This document shows, one piece after another, positions 26,355 to 42,724 of a stretch of 64,000 nucleotides of DNA. The notes below the pieces were generated by a model. The model saw only the letters and a list, made by a program, of their open reading frames with translations, was not told the origin of the DNA and did not search any database. The first letter of the stretch is position 1, and each line of letters opens with the position of its first letter. Location of the stretch: contig NC_135255.1 in the NCBI RefSeq assembly GCF_964204865.1, positions 7,502,001 through 7,566,000 of the forward strand, given 5' to 3'. Made by a program: the position numbers and the translations under genes. Source of the stretch: Styela clava (Eukaryota).

Positions 26355-26848
26355 CTATGGACGTGGACCTTTCTCTGAGCATCGACTTCCTTGTTTACTT
26401 CGTGGCATTGGCCAATCAGAAAGATGCAAAAAGTGACGTAACAAGGCTCCCTTTTCGCATCCGCTCAGGCAAACGAGGTAATGTTTACGACCTCGCTTGA
26501 AAATCTGTCTGAGTGAGAAAAGTGTCTGAGCGAATGCCAAAAGGGAGCATTGTTACGTCACTTTTTTCATCTTGTTGATTGGCCAATATCACGAAGTAAA
26601 CAAGTAAGTCGTTGCTCGGGGAAAGGTCCATTAGTGTAGAAATAGCTGTGATAGACTAGGCTGAAACTCTTTAGCGGTACTTTTATTACAGATTGTTGTA
26701 TGCGATGAATCATATTGATGGTTTGAAACATACCCCATTTTACAGACGCCAACTCGCAAAAACACTCTTAAAATAGCCCCGAAAATTTTGCAATGGTGAA
26801 GTATATGGAGAATTTTTTGGGGGTCAAAGGTCGGGGAAAGGTCCATAG
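26355..26848. mobile_element. Foldback MITE (26364-26630) nested at the left end of a related MITE
   Basis: Long inverted arms tggacctttc...gaaaggtcca containing CCAAT and TGACGTAA; outer ctatggac (26355) pairs with a second gaaaggtccatag end (26848). Confidence 0.7.
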
Positions 26849-27680
26849 CTCTCCAAATATAATATTTTTTTAAACCTACCTATCATATCAAATTATGGCT
26901 TTCGTAAATTGTCGTTCATAAATAAACATTTTGATCAGTATTTATATACATCAACGGTATCTCTGACATTTTTTAGGTAAAATAGAATGCAGAATGACTT
27001 TAATGCGCTACTTGACTACGTCTGAATTTCCATTCGGGGGAAGGGGGATTCTTCCACAAAAAGGAATTTTGCTGTTTTCGGAAGAAATTACAAAAATATT
27101 ACCTATAAGAGTCTTATAAGAGCAAGACTCTTGTGAATCACTTAAGATAGTTATCTTTACTTTTGCTACAGCACCCTTGCATTATGTTCACACGGATCCG
27201 CCGGCACAAAAGCATAGAAGAGGTAGTTAGTCTCGCATAAACAAAATCATTAATACTTATAAGTTGAGTTGTTCCTTATCTTTCTTTAAATTAAATGGAA
27301 AAAAATTGGGAAATAACTTGACCCAACTTAATCTAATATGAGCAGAATCAAAAGAAACTTATCAGAAAATCAGTAGGGTAGCAATATCTTTTTTCAATTC
27401 TTTCCTTGAAAATATCTGGGAAAGGCGTATAAAATATGTCCATACCATACACACTAATAATCTTAACATAAATGAACGAATTCTCTATACTGCGCAGGCA
27501 GATGCTATTTTTACTGTAGTTTCCTCCACTAAAATTAATATATTTAAAACTAACACGACTTTGTTACAAGCAAATTTAACAAAAAAAAATTACGATACCA
27601 AAAATCAAATCCATCGAAATCCGTTTTGTTATCATAACGGAACCACAGTCAGCGTAACCTTTAACCCATGAATTTCGTGG

Positions 27681-27727
27681 TTCATTCTTTTCGTTGCGAT
27701 TTCCTCGCGTGGTTTATTCAGTATTTA
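27681..27727 (+). promoter_or_regulatory. Putative polypyrimidine (TCT/5'TOP) start and non-coding exon 1 of RPL30
   Basis: ttcattcttttc followed by donor GTGAGT at 27728; next acceptor ends at 27816. Confidence 0.5.
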
Positions 27728-27843
27728 GTGAGTTCGTATTTTCCTTTTTTAACGTATTTTTCTATCATTGGTTTTATTTTATATTTCATAATTAATCATT
27801 ATTACCACTATTTTAGGTGCCAGAACCACCTTGAGCTCGCAAG

Positions 27844-30265
<2,422 letters not shown>

Positions 30266-32109
30266 TGTGATAAGAACTAATAAATATTATATGGTCCATA
30301 AATTTGTCTATTTCTCAGTATTTGGGCCAGGCATGAACAGAGCTTGTGACTTGATTGATGTATTCTGTTTGTGGATATATCATTTCAAACATTCTATCAC
30401 ATCGTAATTAGCAGTTGAGCATATTAGGTCCTTCCTTTTGGGTGCAAGTTGATCAGAATACGGGTATCAAGAATGCCTTGTGCTGCCACTACAGTTTAAT
30501 GTGACCGGGAAAAAAGAACCGAAATCCAGTTAATCTTCAGTCGTTGAAATATCATTATTACAAATCACATCTCTATATGTTTCTTTTTGTACATTGATCG
30601 ATGCCATCGTTTTGTATGAAATGTACTGAGCTTTTTCAGTGTTTAAAATTTACTGAGACTTAGTTGGCCAGTACTAATGTGTGTTGTGCTGAGTATCTTT
30701 TCCGCAAGATTGACAATAGATAGCTCGCCCGAAAAAATAATCAAAGAGTTTCTAGTCTCCAACTCTTCCGTTGTGGGAGTTCACCGACTTGCAACTGGCT
30801 GAGATTTAGTTTATATAAGCTGCTCCTCAAAAATTTTAGTTTCTTCCAGACCGCACGGCGACTAACCTCCCTCCTCGGCAAACTGATTAATTCTGCGCCC
30901 CCAGTTGGGGAAAGTGATGGTGGCTAAGATATATCATGCGATAAGAACGTTAGTAGATAGCTGTTGATGCATTGCCGTGATTGAGTTAAGTGATTTCTGT
31001 CATCCAAATGACTTACTCAATTATCTGCCAAGAGAGACTAAAAAAAAGGAGCAGATTCTCCACGCCGCTGCCAGATTCACATTGTAATGAGGAAGTATGA
31101 AATTCTTTAGCTTGTATAATGAATCTGTCACCAACAACCAGTTGCGTAGTGAGCGCTGTGGTGACGGGTTTTGCACTCTTTCGTACATGCCCCTATGTGC
31201 AGAATTTGGTGAACAGGCAGCAATCCGAGATGTAAAACGCGTTTACAGTGCCCAAAAGTTAGCTCCAACACAGGGACTGGTGCAATTTAAACAAATCTAC
31301 ATAACTTTGAAAAAAACGCCGAAAAGTTCCAGTGTTAAAGTTCTGGGGGACTTACCCAGTGCTGTTAAAACTGACCAGGAAGCAACAAATCTCACGACAA
31401 TTTCTATCCTCAGCCCTCGCACAACCCATTCAGTCTGCCAGCAATCAAATGCTATATTGGGAATTCCAATGATTAGGCTATTCGAAATTCCAACCATAAT
31501 TTAAATGCAATAGACTCATATCAGCAGAACCAACACAGAACATGGCATTAAGCGGCATAATATATCTATTTGTTGAAAACACAATCTTCACTTTGATGCG
31601 CAGTAGAAGACCAAGGTTCACCAGAACTCCTCCACAGTTGAGCTTTATTAAGGAGTGGAGAAACATCAAAAGTTCAACTGCATTTGTCACCTAATCATTA
31701 ACTATCAATATATAACACAAATATAATGAACGAAAGTAGATTTTAAATGAATCCATGGTTGAGTAGAGCAAATGGTCCTAAAAGATCAGAACGAAATAAC
31801 TAATTGCATGAAAAATGAGTTTTCAGTTTCACACATTGAAAAGCTTCAAGTTCAGCTTCCATTAAAAAAACCCAATATTAGGTATGGTAAAATACAAGTT
31901 TCCATTTTCATTAAGTTCCACCATTTATATGCTCTTAAGACAATTTAAAAAATAATGCTTCCATAGGCACCAAGGCACATTAATCTCAAAATTGAGGTTC
32001 CAGAATTGTTAAGGGTTCATTAAATATATTTCTGGTGCTAGGACGATATTTGGTCTGGTCAAATTTTTGTTCTCGTTAGACATGACCTACAGAAAAATAT
32101 ACGACTGCA

Positions 32110-35100
32110 TCACAATTCATCATCCCATTTGAAATCACTAAGATCAACTTCTTCTTCTTGAGGTAACTGTAGAAAAAATCAAAACATAGTATGAACGAGA
32201 GAAGAAAATGCATCACTGAAATTACAGAGAATAAATACATATTTCTGATTTGTAACTCTGTTCAGTTCTGTTGGAAAATATATATACCGGTAAAATGACT
32301 AGAATTTTTACATTTTCGGGTCGGGACCTTTTTTTCCCAACGTATCCTTCACAAATGAAAAACACTCTTGGCAAAAAGTAAGATTAGGATTTACATATTT
32401 ATCCTATGAAGGGGAAAGCTGATAAGATGGTATAATCGTATGGCAAATCACTGCCTCTCGTCCAGTTATACTGTACCAGTACATGTCGGGTATGGGATTA
32501 GTTAGTCAGTTATGTTTCAGATGCATGGCCTTGACGGTGCAGAAGCCGTAACCGACCAGCGGTTAATTGAACCGCCCTACGAAGGTGAGGAGTCCAGCAA
32601 TACTCTCAAACATAATTACCCCACACAGCATTCGAACCGGCGAACCAAAGCAGGGTAAGGGTAATCAAAGGTGCAGTGGCAAGCGTATTCCTGATGTTTA
32701 GCATGATGCGGCACACCCCACAATCCTTGATCAAACATCCAAAATTACCTAGGGCTTATGCATCCCCCCCTGTAGCTTGTCAAGCCAACATAAATGAACC
32801 AACTCGCTTTAGAATCAGTGATCAGCTTTGATATATACCTGTCCATCTTTTCCGTCCCAAGGTGAACAATCCACAACGTTTGGAAGTTGAGAATCAGGTA
32901 GAGCGTGAGAATTTCTACCTGCCCTACCGTATGAAATTCCATTCAAGAAAGATTCAATGCCATCATTGTTAAAAGGTCCAGTAAGAACAGTGTAGAATTT
33001 TTTCTTGTCTACAATGACCGCCATTGCCTGTGAGAAATAAATGAAATATAACCTACACCTAATTATTATTTCACGAAAATAATTTTCTATTCAGATAAGG
33101 TGATTAGTTAAATGTTCTGGCTGATAAGACAATTCAGTATTTTTATGCCACAACAAAGCATGAATAATTGATAGTATCAGATTTGTTATTTTTTGCTGTT
33201 TTTTCAGTGTTTGGAGTCATTAAGTTGCATTAACAATGGCGCAAATGAATTTCCCTCTCTAAGCCCATATTGGATGGCAGAAACACAGTGCTGTGCTTTG
33301 AATGATTGAAAAATCTTATCATACATACAGGGAAACCAGATCCACCGATGTTCAAAGCTTTTTCCAAATCTTTTTGTTTTCCAGCTTCAGTCCACACCCA
33401 TCCCCATTGCTTCTTCTTGAATTTTTCTCCCATAGTAGTCAACAATTCCAATGCTTCGTTTCTACCTTTAGCACCTAATGGAGAACATTTAACTTTTGTT
33501 TATAGTATTCCATGTCAAGAAGAATTAAATATCACATTTGCAACTGCAAGAATCCATCAAAGTCGGAATAAATTAGTTTCCCTTATCGTTTCTTAAAGCT
33601 AGCTATCGGGCAGAAAGTTAGTTGCACAGAAATAGTTTAATATCATTCACAAGTCATTTGACATAAAACAGAATACAAAAATTGGTTAAGATTAAGAAAT
33701 ATATTATTTTCATTATCATGAATAAAATACTTGTGCATAAAACACAACTGAATTCTACTTACCAGTATCAAGAATGTCTGCAAGAAAAGAGATAACACAA
33801 AGTTGTTTTCCAATGCAGTTATCTTCTTGCACCTTTGCGGAGATAAGTTCATCAATCTGAAATAAAATATAAATAAAGTCATTTAATACCGTCCTTTGAA
33901 CAGAGAAAACATTCAATTTACTACTATAACATGGCTAATTCAAGCATGATGGAGCATGAATTGGTATTCCATATAAAAACTATTCTCCCTAAACGAGAAA
34001 AAAACTTACAGTTGGTGGCTCAACATTTTCTTCATAGAGTTCCATAGCTGCACTGAATATAGAAGAACTATCCCTTCCACCTTGAAAATCTTCAGGACTC
34101 TCTTTAGCCCCCTTACGAAACACTTTTATAGTTGGGTAGCCACGAACCTGAACATCAGAATTAAATAAACTCAAACTAAAAATGAGTAGTTTTACAAGAT
34201 AGGATAGAATATAGCCATGGAGACATGTGTTTTGGACAATTGAAAAAAGGCCCCAAAAACATTTTGAAAACATGATTTTTTTATATAATAATATTGTAAA
34301 TTATTTTCTATTTATTCCGCACATTGAGTAATTTTCAAATACATGATTTTAAGAAAAAAAGACTTGTAAAAAATTCATGTAAAGTTGACGCCCTGACATA
34401 TGGAAGTAAACAAAAATATTGTTTATCAATATATTGGTACACACCCCATATTTATTCCCAAGTGATTGACTAACAGTAGCATCAACTGCACCCATTCGAA
34501 CTGCATCTCCAACTTCATTTTTCAGTTTGTTAGCAGCAGCTTTCCACTCTGGTTCTAATCTACAGAATAATCAAGCAGTTCGAATATATGAGCATTTTCA
34601 TAAATTTATCAATAGGATGTTAAAATTTGTTTATAGAATGCATATGTTAACTAAAGGCGCGGCCCCGCAGTTTCTACCAGTTATTTGTATCTGGCCATCT
34701 TGTATTAAAGTTGGAAAACCCCTGCTTCACTGTTCAGATGAGTCTCTTCTAGGAGAAGACAATAAAATAATAGAGTTTATTTTTACCGTTTGCAGTGACC
34801 ACACCATGGTGCATAAAATTCAACAAGCCAAGGTTCATCACTGTCCAAAACAAGTTCTTTGAAATTATTATCATTAAGCGTGACAACTGCATTTCCACCA
34901 CTTTCTTGTCTACCTTTGCCCTGCAAGAAGCATCATGAATGATTATGAAAGGCATTCATTTAAAACAAAGCTTGGTATTTTATAATAAAAATGGCACTCA
35001 CTTGTTCCTGATCATCACCTGCTCCACCACTTTCTCTATCTTGGACCATTTTTCTCAAAGCTTGGAAAGCAAAGTCACTAATTTCTTTTTCACTTCTGGC

Positions 35101-38058
35101 ACCTGCAACAAAATTTCAATGTTATGATTCAGTATTGAATATAGGATTTATGAAATTTTCTGATAGTGTGAATTTTGTATCCTGAAAACCATATTGGAGC
35201 ATATGATTTATGAATAACCTATTATTATGATTTATGAATATGTAATATAAACATTATAGATAATCACGACTATTTAAATTGTTATTTCAACTATTTAATT
35301 TAAATTTTTAATTTAAAATTAAAATTTAATTGAATTTTAAATTTCAGTCAGACAGGATTTTTTACACCCCGATCTTAACCAAAAAATATGTCTTATTAAA
35401 GATATGAAATTATAACTGTACCTTGATAGTCTGTTGGTTTATTTTTATTATATCCAAAAACTTTAATAGTTGGGAAGCCTTGGATACCATATGGTCTTCC
35501 AACAGAATCATGTGCCGTCATATCTACTGCTCCTACATTCGCAACACCCTACAAAAATATTGACTATGATAGTACTACTAGCAACTAGATACTATATATA
35601 TCATTAATCTAATTAAACATGCATGTATGAATCTTTCGGATACAGTGATACCTCAGTAGTTGAACCACTCGGCACTAACAATTTGGTAGTCAATCAAAAA
35701 ATTTGTGTTGAAAATGCTGCCGTACTCAAACATAAACTCGGGAGCACTAACACCTGAGCCGAGTGCGCGGCCTATTGAGATTACGTTACCAGGCAGAATT
35801 TCAACCGTTCAACAAGCATCAGTTCAAGTCAGAATTATGACAGGATTAAACATGTAGAGAAACTTTTGTGATTTAGTGTTTTTTTCTTGCCTTTATTAGG
35901 CGTTGATTATAGCTCAAAAAAATAGCGATAAAGGTGTAACCTCCCCCCTTCAATCCTCTAAACATATATTCCTGCCATGTAACCGGTGCTCAAGGGTATC
36001 AATAATGATGCAAATCTTTTCATATTTTCAACTTTTTTATGTTTAATCTTAAATATGTACACATTCAAATAAATATTGTTGTTTAGGTACATGTTTTACT
36101 AATATTTTTGGTATTTTGGAATGCATAAGAACATATTAAAATAATAAACATTGTTTCTTAAGCCAAAAAAATCAATATACGAACACCAATCCTGAACGAA
36201 TTATGTTCGACTACGGAGGTATCACTGTATATGCCATCTGCAAATCAGGATGCCTGACGTTTTTATTGCAAGACTTGCTCTTATGTGTCAAATAAATTCA
36301 GACTAAAGAACGGATATTAGTGAATGTCAGCATTGATCTGAACTTGAATCTCAGCTGTCCAATGACCCAATTTGTAACATATTCGATATGCCATATTTAA
36401 AAATATTATTTAGTTTTGGCCATCTCTCTGTTATAAATATCTTCCAACCTTTATGCAAGCAATCTTCCCACACCATGTCAGCTAAAAACTATTAACTATA
36501 TGCCACACACTTATAATAAATTTTTTTCTCCATGATATCGCCACATATTATGCATCAATGATAAGTATGATTCGTGCAAACTATTCAAACAAACAATTAA
36601 TTACTATTATCTGGGTTGAACTTTCCCAAATGAGAACAAATTCCAAAAATGAAAAACGCGGGAAAATTTATCAAAGAGTTTCTATTTTTTGAATAATTAC
36701 CAACCTGGAAAAAAAAAATACCAAAACCTTCAGACCATCACCAATTTACACTAGATAGGTTTGTAGCATGACCATTCCCTACCACCACATAAATGCCAAA
36801 TGTTTGTTATATATATACCATTATAAATTGAACCCTTGCTTCTGTTATGTCCGAAAGCCATGATTACAGGCACATCAGATGTGGTGACATTATATTTTCT
36901 TGCTAACTTTTTTCGCTTATATACGTTTATCGCACCCAATCTTACGGCACCCTTTAATTTGTAAAAGTTTTAAATGTATCATTTTGTCAGTGCAGATATA
37001 ATTTTAATACTGTATATATTGTAGAATTGTCGCTATTCAGGGTCACATTTTCAGGCATCGGGGCCATTTTATGCCATCATGTACTTCTTTCAAAAATACA
37101 TAAGAGTAACATGATTAGTAATCATTTTTCCTGAAAATTTCTCGTATCTCATTCAGGAATATATTTAGTTAGCATTGTACCAACACAAATGGCAACTCCA
37201 ACACACAAAAAACATACCTTCAATGTTTTAGCTGCCTTTTTCCAAGCAGGTACCAACTGTTGACAATGTCCGCACCATGGGGCATAAAATTCAACAAGCC
37301 AAAGCTCATCGCTGTCCAAAACTTTTGATTTAAAATTTGCTGATGTCAATTCGACAACATCATCACCGCTACTGTATAGTGCACTTGTATATGAAACCAA
37401 TGCCAGTAAGAAACCTGAAACAAAAATTATCATCAAGAATACAGAATAAAGTCCAGAACTGTATAAAGAAATTTAATAATAATTTCTGATAGTCACGAGC
37501 ACTGCAAGCAAAAAAGTCTGTAATTGCGGTTTCAATTACATTTATTGCCACCTCTACCATCAGGCAAGCTTGGAATTGATTTGAATGACATGAAAATCTA
37601 ATCCAGAAATCAAATTGCAGAACAAATTGACTAAAAATATGGGGTTTCCTGAAGCAAACGCAGTAACTGCTTAAATACCCCCAACACAAATATGGTGTGA
37701 AACAGAATGCTGTAAATGCTTAAATAACGCCAAACAAAAATGTGATGAGAAAATACAACCCAAAATTTCATTTTTTTCTAAAAAATAAAAGTCTGTCTTG
37801 CGCGAACACAATACACTAAACGCATGGGACAAACGGAAGGCGGACAACTCGACTCACAAGAGGAAAGATGAGTTGTCCACCTTTTCGACGGGGACATTTT
37901 AAGACAATACGGGTTTAATTTCGATCTTTTTACATTAAAATTTTTGTTGGGTGTTATTTCAGTATTTGAGCAGCTACAGCGTTCATTTTACATCACATTT
38001 TCGTTAGGCGTTACACCCAAAATATGTACCCTAAATACTTACCTAATGCTTTCATCAT
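32110..38058 (-). CDS. PDIA6: Protein disulfide-isomerase A6 (P5), 437 aa
   Basis: Exons 38058-38043, 37414-37218, 35548-35422, 35102-35002, 34920-34787, 34559-34445, 34147-34010, 33856-33763, 33474-33329, 33027-32839, 32166-32110 (1314 nt, all phases compatible). Signal peptide, two WCGHC motifs, P5-type C-terminal domain ([24 protein letters not shown]), C-terminal DDEL. Confidence 0.96.
32385..32720 (-). mobile_element. tRNA-derived SINE in the last PDIA6 intron
   Basis: Reverse complement of the 26061/50278 family; includes B-box-like GGTTCGAATG. Confidence 0.75.
35643..36227. mobile_element. Tc1/pogo (Tigger-like) MITE
   Basis: CAGTGATACCTC...GAGGTATCACTG TIRs with TA TSD; lies between the two versions of PDIA6 exon 3. 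Confidence 0.85.
36819..36951 (-). CDS. PDIA6: Duplicated alternative exon 3 of PDIA6 (mutually exclusive candidate)
   Basis: AG|[45 protein letters not shown]|GT; 133 nt, phase 0 to phase 1 like the canonical 127-nt exon 35548-35422, and aligns to it end to end. Confidence 0.75.
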
Positions 38059-40022
38059 TGCTATATTTTCAGACCGTCAACACATATATGAAGAGATTAT
38101 TTAAATGCAGGATTCGTTAAAACAGTAAGAAATTTGAATAGACAGATTGAAATCAGAAATTTGATCCAAGTTTAGTCAATCACTGAATTATGTTTTGATG
38201 AAATCTTCTAAGAAAATTACAAAAAAAAGGATTCTGAGGTTGCATTACATTATCATACATAAGTCAGTATGGTACGGTAAGTAATCTACATGCAGACATG
38301 CTGACATAAAATTTAACTTATGTCAATTCTTTCATTGTGTGAACTACTCTGCCATAGCAGGTACCGGTACCGTACCGGTTACCAGACTTCTATACCGTAC
38401 TCAGTACGGTACCTACTATTAACAATTTCAGTCAACATAAATGACTAATGCACACATAATACGAAAGTGAATTTGGAACCACGGTACCGGTATAGTCTAC
38501 CTAATCACCGACTGCTGGATTGCGACTATCCCCACAACCGCATACAGAGGCTACCCTTTTTATTGGTACGGTAATAGATCAATCTCGGTACGCTACTGGT
38601 AGACGATACTGGTAGACTAAAACATCAAAACAAAGTTGCATGAAACCTTCATTTGAAAACCACGGAAACGAATCAACGTTTTCATCTGGTGTGACGCCTG
38701 GTTGCACAACTCTGACATCATAATAAAAACTTACAATTTGGCGCAATTTAATTGGCTGTCGCAAAAGACCCCGCCCCAGGCAAGGCAATACGAGCACACG
38801 TGTCCTAAACGCTGGGACTACAAAATCTTCTCAGAAAACTTAGCTCGCGGCATTGTTCGATGTTATTTATTAGTCTTCCTGTCAAACAATGAACGACTAT
38901 TTGAATCATTTAGAAGCTAGTAAAGTTGCGACAGTAATATTCAATTCGCAAAACTGGGGAACAATGTAGTGTTATAAACTTCTTCAAATAGTGATACTTC
39001 TTCAAAGGTTACAGCAATGACATTAACCAATGTCATTGTTTAATGTCATTGGTTACAGCATACCTTCTTATCTAACCGTGGGATGGGTATTTTCCCAATC
39101 ATCAAATTTCCTGTGATATGGCGATTGAAACTTGCTATCATATCAGACACCAATCCTACCATGTTTAGCATAAAAGTCTCTGTTGATCGCTATACATGCC
39201 ATTTGAAATTGATAGCCACTGTGTGCATTCGCAAATTTGGAAAGGTTGATCCCGTCAAATTGAATATATATAGCGGAACGAATATATATTAGATCCGTTG
39301 TCAAATATTTTTAATAAAAATCAGGTTACCTCGCCGTGCGCGTAGATATTTATATAGTGAGTGTATAGCTTACTTCACTGTTCAAGAAAGCGGTGTCTGA
39401 TTTCCTTAATTTGTCTGTGGTTGGTCTCAGAAATCCTCCCCGTAAAAAATTTAAAGTGAGTTTGTTGTTAAAAATGTGCAATACAAATCGGTTCACTTTA
39501 TTGTGCACATAGATATTTATCTCATATATGCTTATTTCAACCGCAACTAATGAGTCAATCAATTTTAAAGTTTTAGTAATTTAAGATGCAAGTAGTCGCT
39601 GAACGCTACCTTCTTTATCAAATTCTTTACAAGCCTCAGGAGACCAATTATATATATATATCACCAAGTTTTGCTGTCTTATTTTAATTTGTTTTAATTT
39701 ACACTTCGATGAAAAATGGAAACACTTTATCCCGCCATTCGAGTCCACCTCCGTACGATCTTCCGCTGATCTTTGCAGCAACCACAGCTAAGGCTTTACC
39801 ATAGTGCTGGTGCGCAAACATCGCGTCCGTCAACCATTGCTATGTTATCATTCTTGTTATTAGTTGACCAGAAGAAAGTCCTGTATAGCACCAATTCAGT
39901 ACCATAATAAAAGTACCATTAACAGTACCATTTTTTAAGGTGAGTTCAACACTGAAAGGGAGGACTGTATATTATTGGATTGAAAGAGCTACCAGGAAAC
40001 TGTCCACATTTTCAGTTACCAT

Positions 40023-41410
40023 TACGGTTGTCAACCGTCCTTTATTTCAAAGGACAATCCTTTATTTGAGATTTTTGTCCTTGTCCTTTTTAAGATGATA
40101 ATTGTCCTTTATTTTTTCCAACATCGTTTTGCCCGATAGTTATAGTAGGCTACTGTGTTTGATATTGTTCCGTTCCTAAATCGCCTCCGTTTATGTTTTC
40201 GAAGCTTTTATTCATTCTTTTTAATTTTGCTTTAGTCCGGCTCAAATAGCCAAAAAAATATTTATTTCAGCTTGGGACATGGCACAGTTACTTATAATAT
40301 TGATTTCTTCGAGAATGCAGATGAAGGTGCGGATGGAATGTTCACTCGTTTGAAAAACACTTTGAACAATTTATAACTTGATTGGAAAAGAGTTTCTTGT
40401 TTAAGTGCTGATAACGCAAATTGCAACTTTGGAGAAAAACATTCTCTTTATACTAATGTTCGCACACTAAATGATGGTATTATTAGGGCTAACTGCAGTG
40501 CACACATTGTACACAATACATTAAAATTTGCTTTAAGAAATTTGAATGTTGACTTTGAAAATATTGTCTTGAAAATTTACAGTCATGTCTCAATGTCAGC
40601 AAAAAGACGAGAAACTCTTATAGAATTTCATATATTTGTAAAGACGGAATTTCATAAACTTCTGCGCCATGTACCTACTAGGTGGCTATCTTTGCACCCA
40701 TGCATCGAATGAACCTTACTTTCTTGGAAAGCTTTAAGTTCTTATTTTTTGAGCAGACCAGCTGAATGTTCCAAACAATTACTTAAACTTCTTGTGATTG
40801 ACAATGAGTCAACAGAAGTTTCTCAGCTTATTGGAATGTATAATATTCTCACAACATGTAATGGAGATATTCAAATTACCTGTTCAAGAACTGGAAAAAA
40901 TAAAAATTCAACAGCATATGTTTTCATTATTCTTACTAAATTAAGAAATAGGTTAAAATCTCAATCTGAGGAAGAATTTTTTGGGCATGATGTTCACCAA
41001 CTTCTTGCAAATGTGAGTGCTGCTGAAGCTCAAGAGGCAACTGAGGATTTCAGATTATTTCTCAACTCTGCAATAACGTATTTAGAAAAAAGATTTGATG
41101 AAAATTCAACATTTGGAAAATTATCTCTTTTGGATAATCTTTCCTCAAAATATTAGACACTTGTAAAGTTGTAAAGCATTTGAAGCTAAAAGACAAACCT
41201 CAGTTGAATATGGATGACCTATTTGATGACGTTGCACTCATTCAAAAATTTTTTGGCAGGTTTCACAGCAATAAACTGTTCACAGAATGCAAAACAACAA
41301 GCAGTAAATCACAATCTTGCGTGTGTTAATATTTTTAAAATAGTTTTATTTGTGCTTCCAATTTTCAGAACCTCAGCTTATTTTGAACGCATTTTAAGTG
41401 TAATGTCATC
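40023..41410 (+). pseudogene. hAT transposase relic
   Basis: Degenerate TAGGGTTGCCAAC-like terminus; translation SADNANCNFG..NCSAHIVHN..LLRHVPTRWLSL with stops and frameshifts. Confidence 0.85.
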
Positions 41411-42724
41411 TAATTCAGTGGTTTCAACCTTTCTACCATGGCGGACCGGTAAAATTGAATAAAATGTACTCGCGGACCGGCAAAACATTCAAAGGAATGG
41501 AACATGATATAATAATATATTATATTTTTGTAATAAATGCATTGACGGGCTCTCACCATGTTTCTAGGTAAAAAGGCACACAGAAAACTTAATACAGAAA
41601 AAATACTATCAAATAATGTGCCGGCCAAAAATTGAAACGGGTGGAACATTAATAAAAAAAATAACGTAATATATTTGCGTAATAAAATGTAGTACTAGGC
41701 ACTCATTATGCGCAAAAAAGACACACCGAAAACATCACAAATAAAAAACATGTAGCTACATGCCAAATCATGTACAAACACAATTAATTTTAGTGAGAAT
41801 TTTGCTGCGTGTGTGTACGTATATTTATAGTGATTAGTTATCACTACACATAGATTGTTTGTAGATTGGTCTGGTTTGTGTATTGCATCCCCAGGATTGA
41901 CTGACAACAATTTAGGGTAGTGATAACTAATCACTATATTTGGTGAGTTGTTCTCAAGTGGATAATTTGGTTTTAACAAGATATTTCGAATTTACGTTAT
42001 TGGAATATTACTGGAAATTTTTTTTATTTTTACATGAGATGGCACCGAAAGGCTATTAAAACTTGAAATTGGGTTTTGAGAAATTGATAATTGATATAAC
42101 AGGAATAATTAATTCTGTTTTTCGTGAGTTTCTCACGAATTGGGCCAATTTGGTTTAGTTTTGTAGTTACATAACAACTAATTGGCTACATATTTAGTAG
42201 TTATTGACAAAATATCGTGAAGAAGATACCGTTACCTAATAAATTAATCAAACGAATTCTGAATTCTTTTCCCAGTTTCTTTGCCAGGTGCAGCGACAGT
42301 GCCTATCTGTTCCTGGTTTTCTTCTGCATAAAAGAAATTCCAACTCTAAGACTGAAACCTTGTCGCGGTGAGTTGGCTTACAACTGATACCGGTATCAGT
42401 CGGCACAAAAAAAATTGAGTATTGACATGTGAATCACCTGCCTTCCGGGTATTGACTTCTCATCCCCATTTGTAGCATGATAATTACAGAATCAGGTAGG
42501 TAAGCTATTAGTATTATGTATATTAATGTCAACAATCTGGTAGCAGGAAATGTGAACTGGTGAAGGTTAAAGCAGGTTATATAGTGTTTCAGAAAAGACG
42601 AATCGCTTGTCAGTGTAGATAAGGAGATTTGCCTCTCTCATATAGTAATATTTAACATTGCACAGTGACTTATGTAATTGCAACTCTTGATTCTGCAGAA
42701 TATATATATGTTTATTAAGTAATA

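Noticed and set aside
30720-31690. Relatively GC-rich block with a 135-aa ORF (31097-31504) between RPL30 and PDIA6
   Set aside because: No recognisable domain, splice structure or termini; possibly an old TE relic but unsupported.
38737-38755. ERSE-like CCAAT-N9-CCAAA on the PDIA6 strand
   Set aside because: Consensus requires CCACG; only 3 of 5 match, and it may lie in transcribed sequence.
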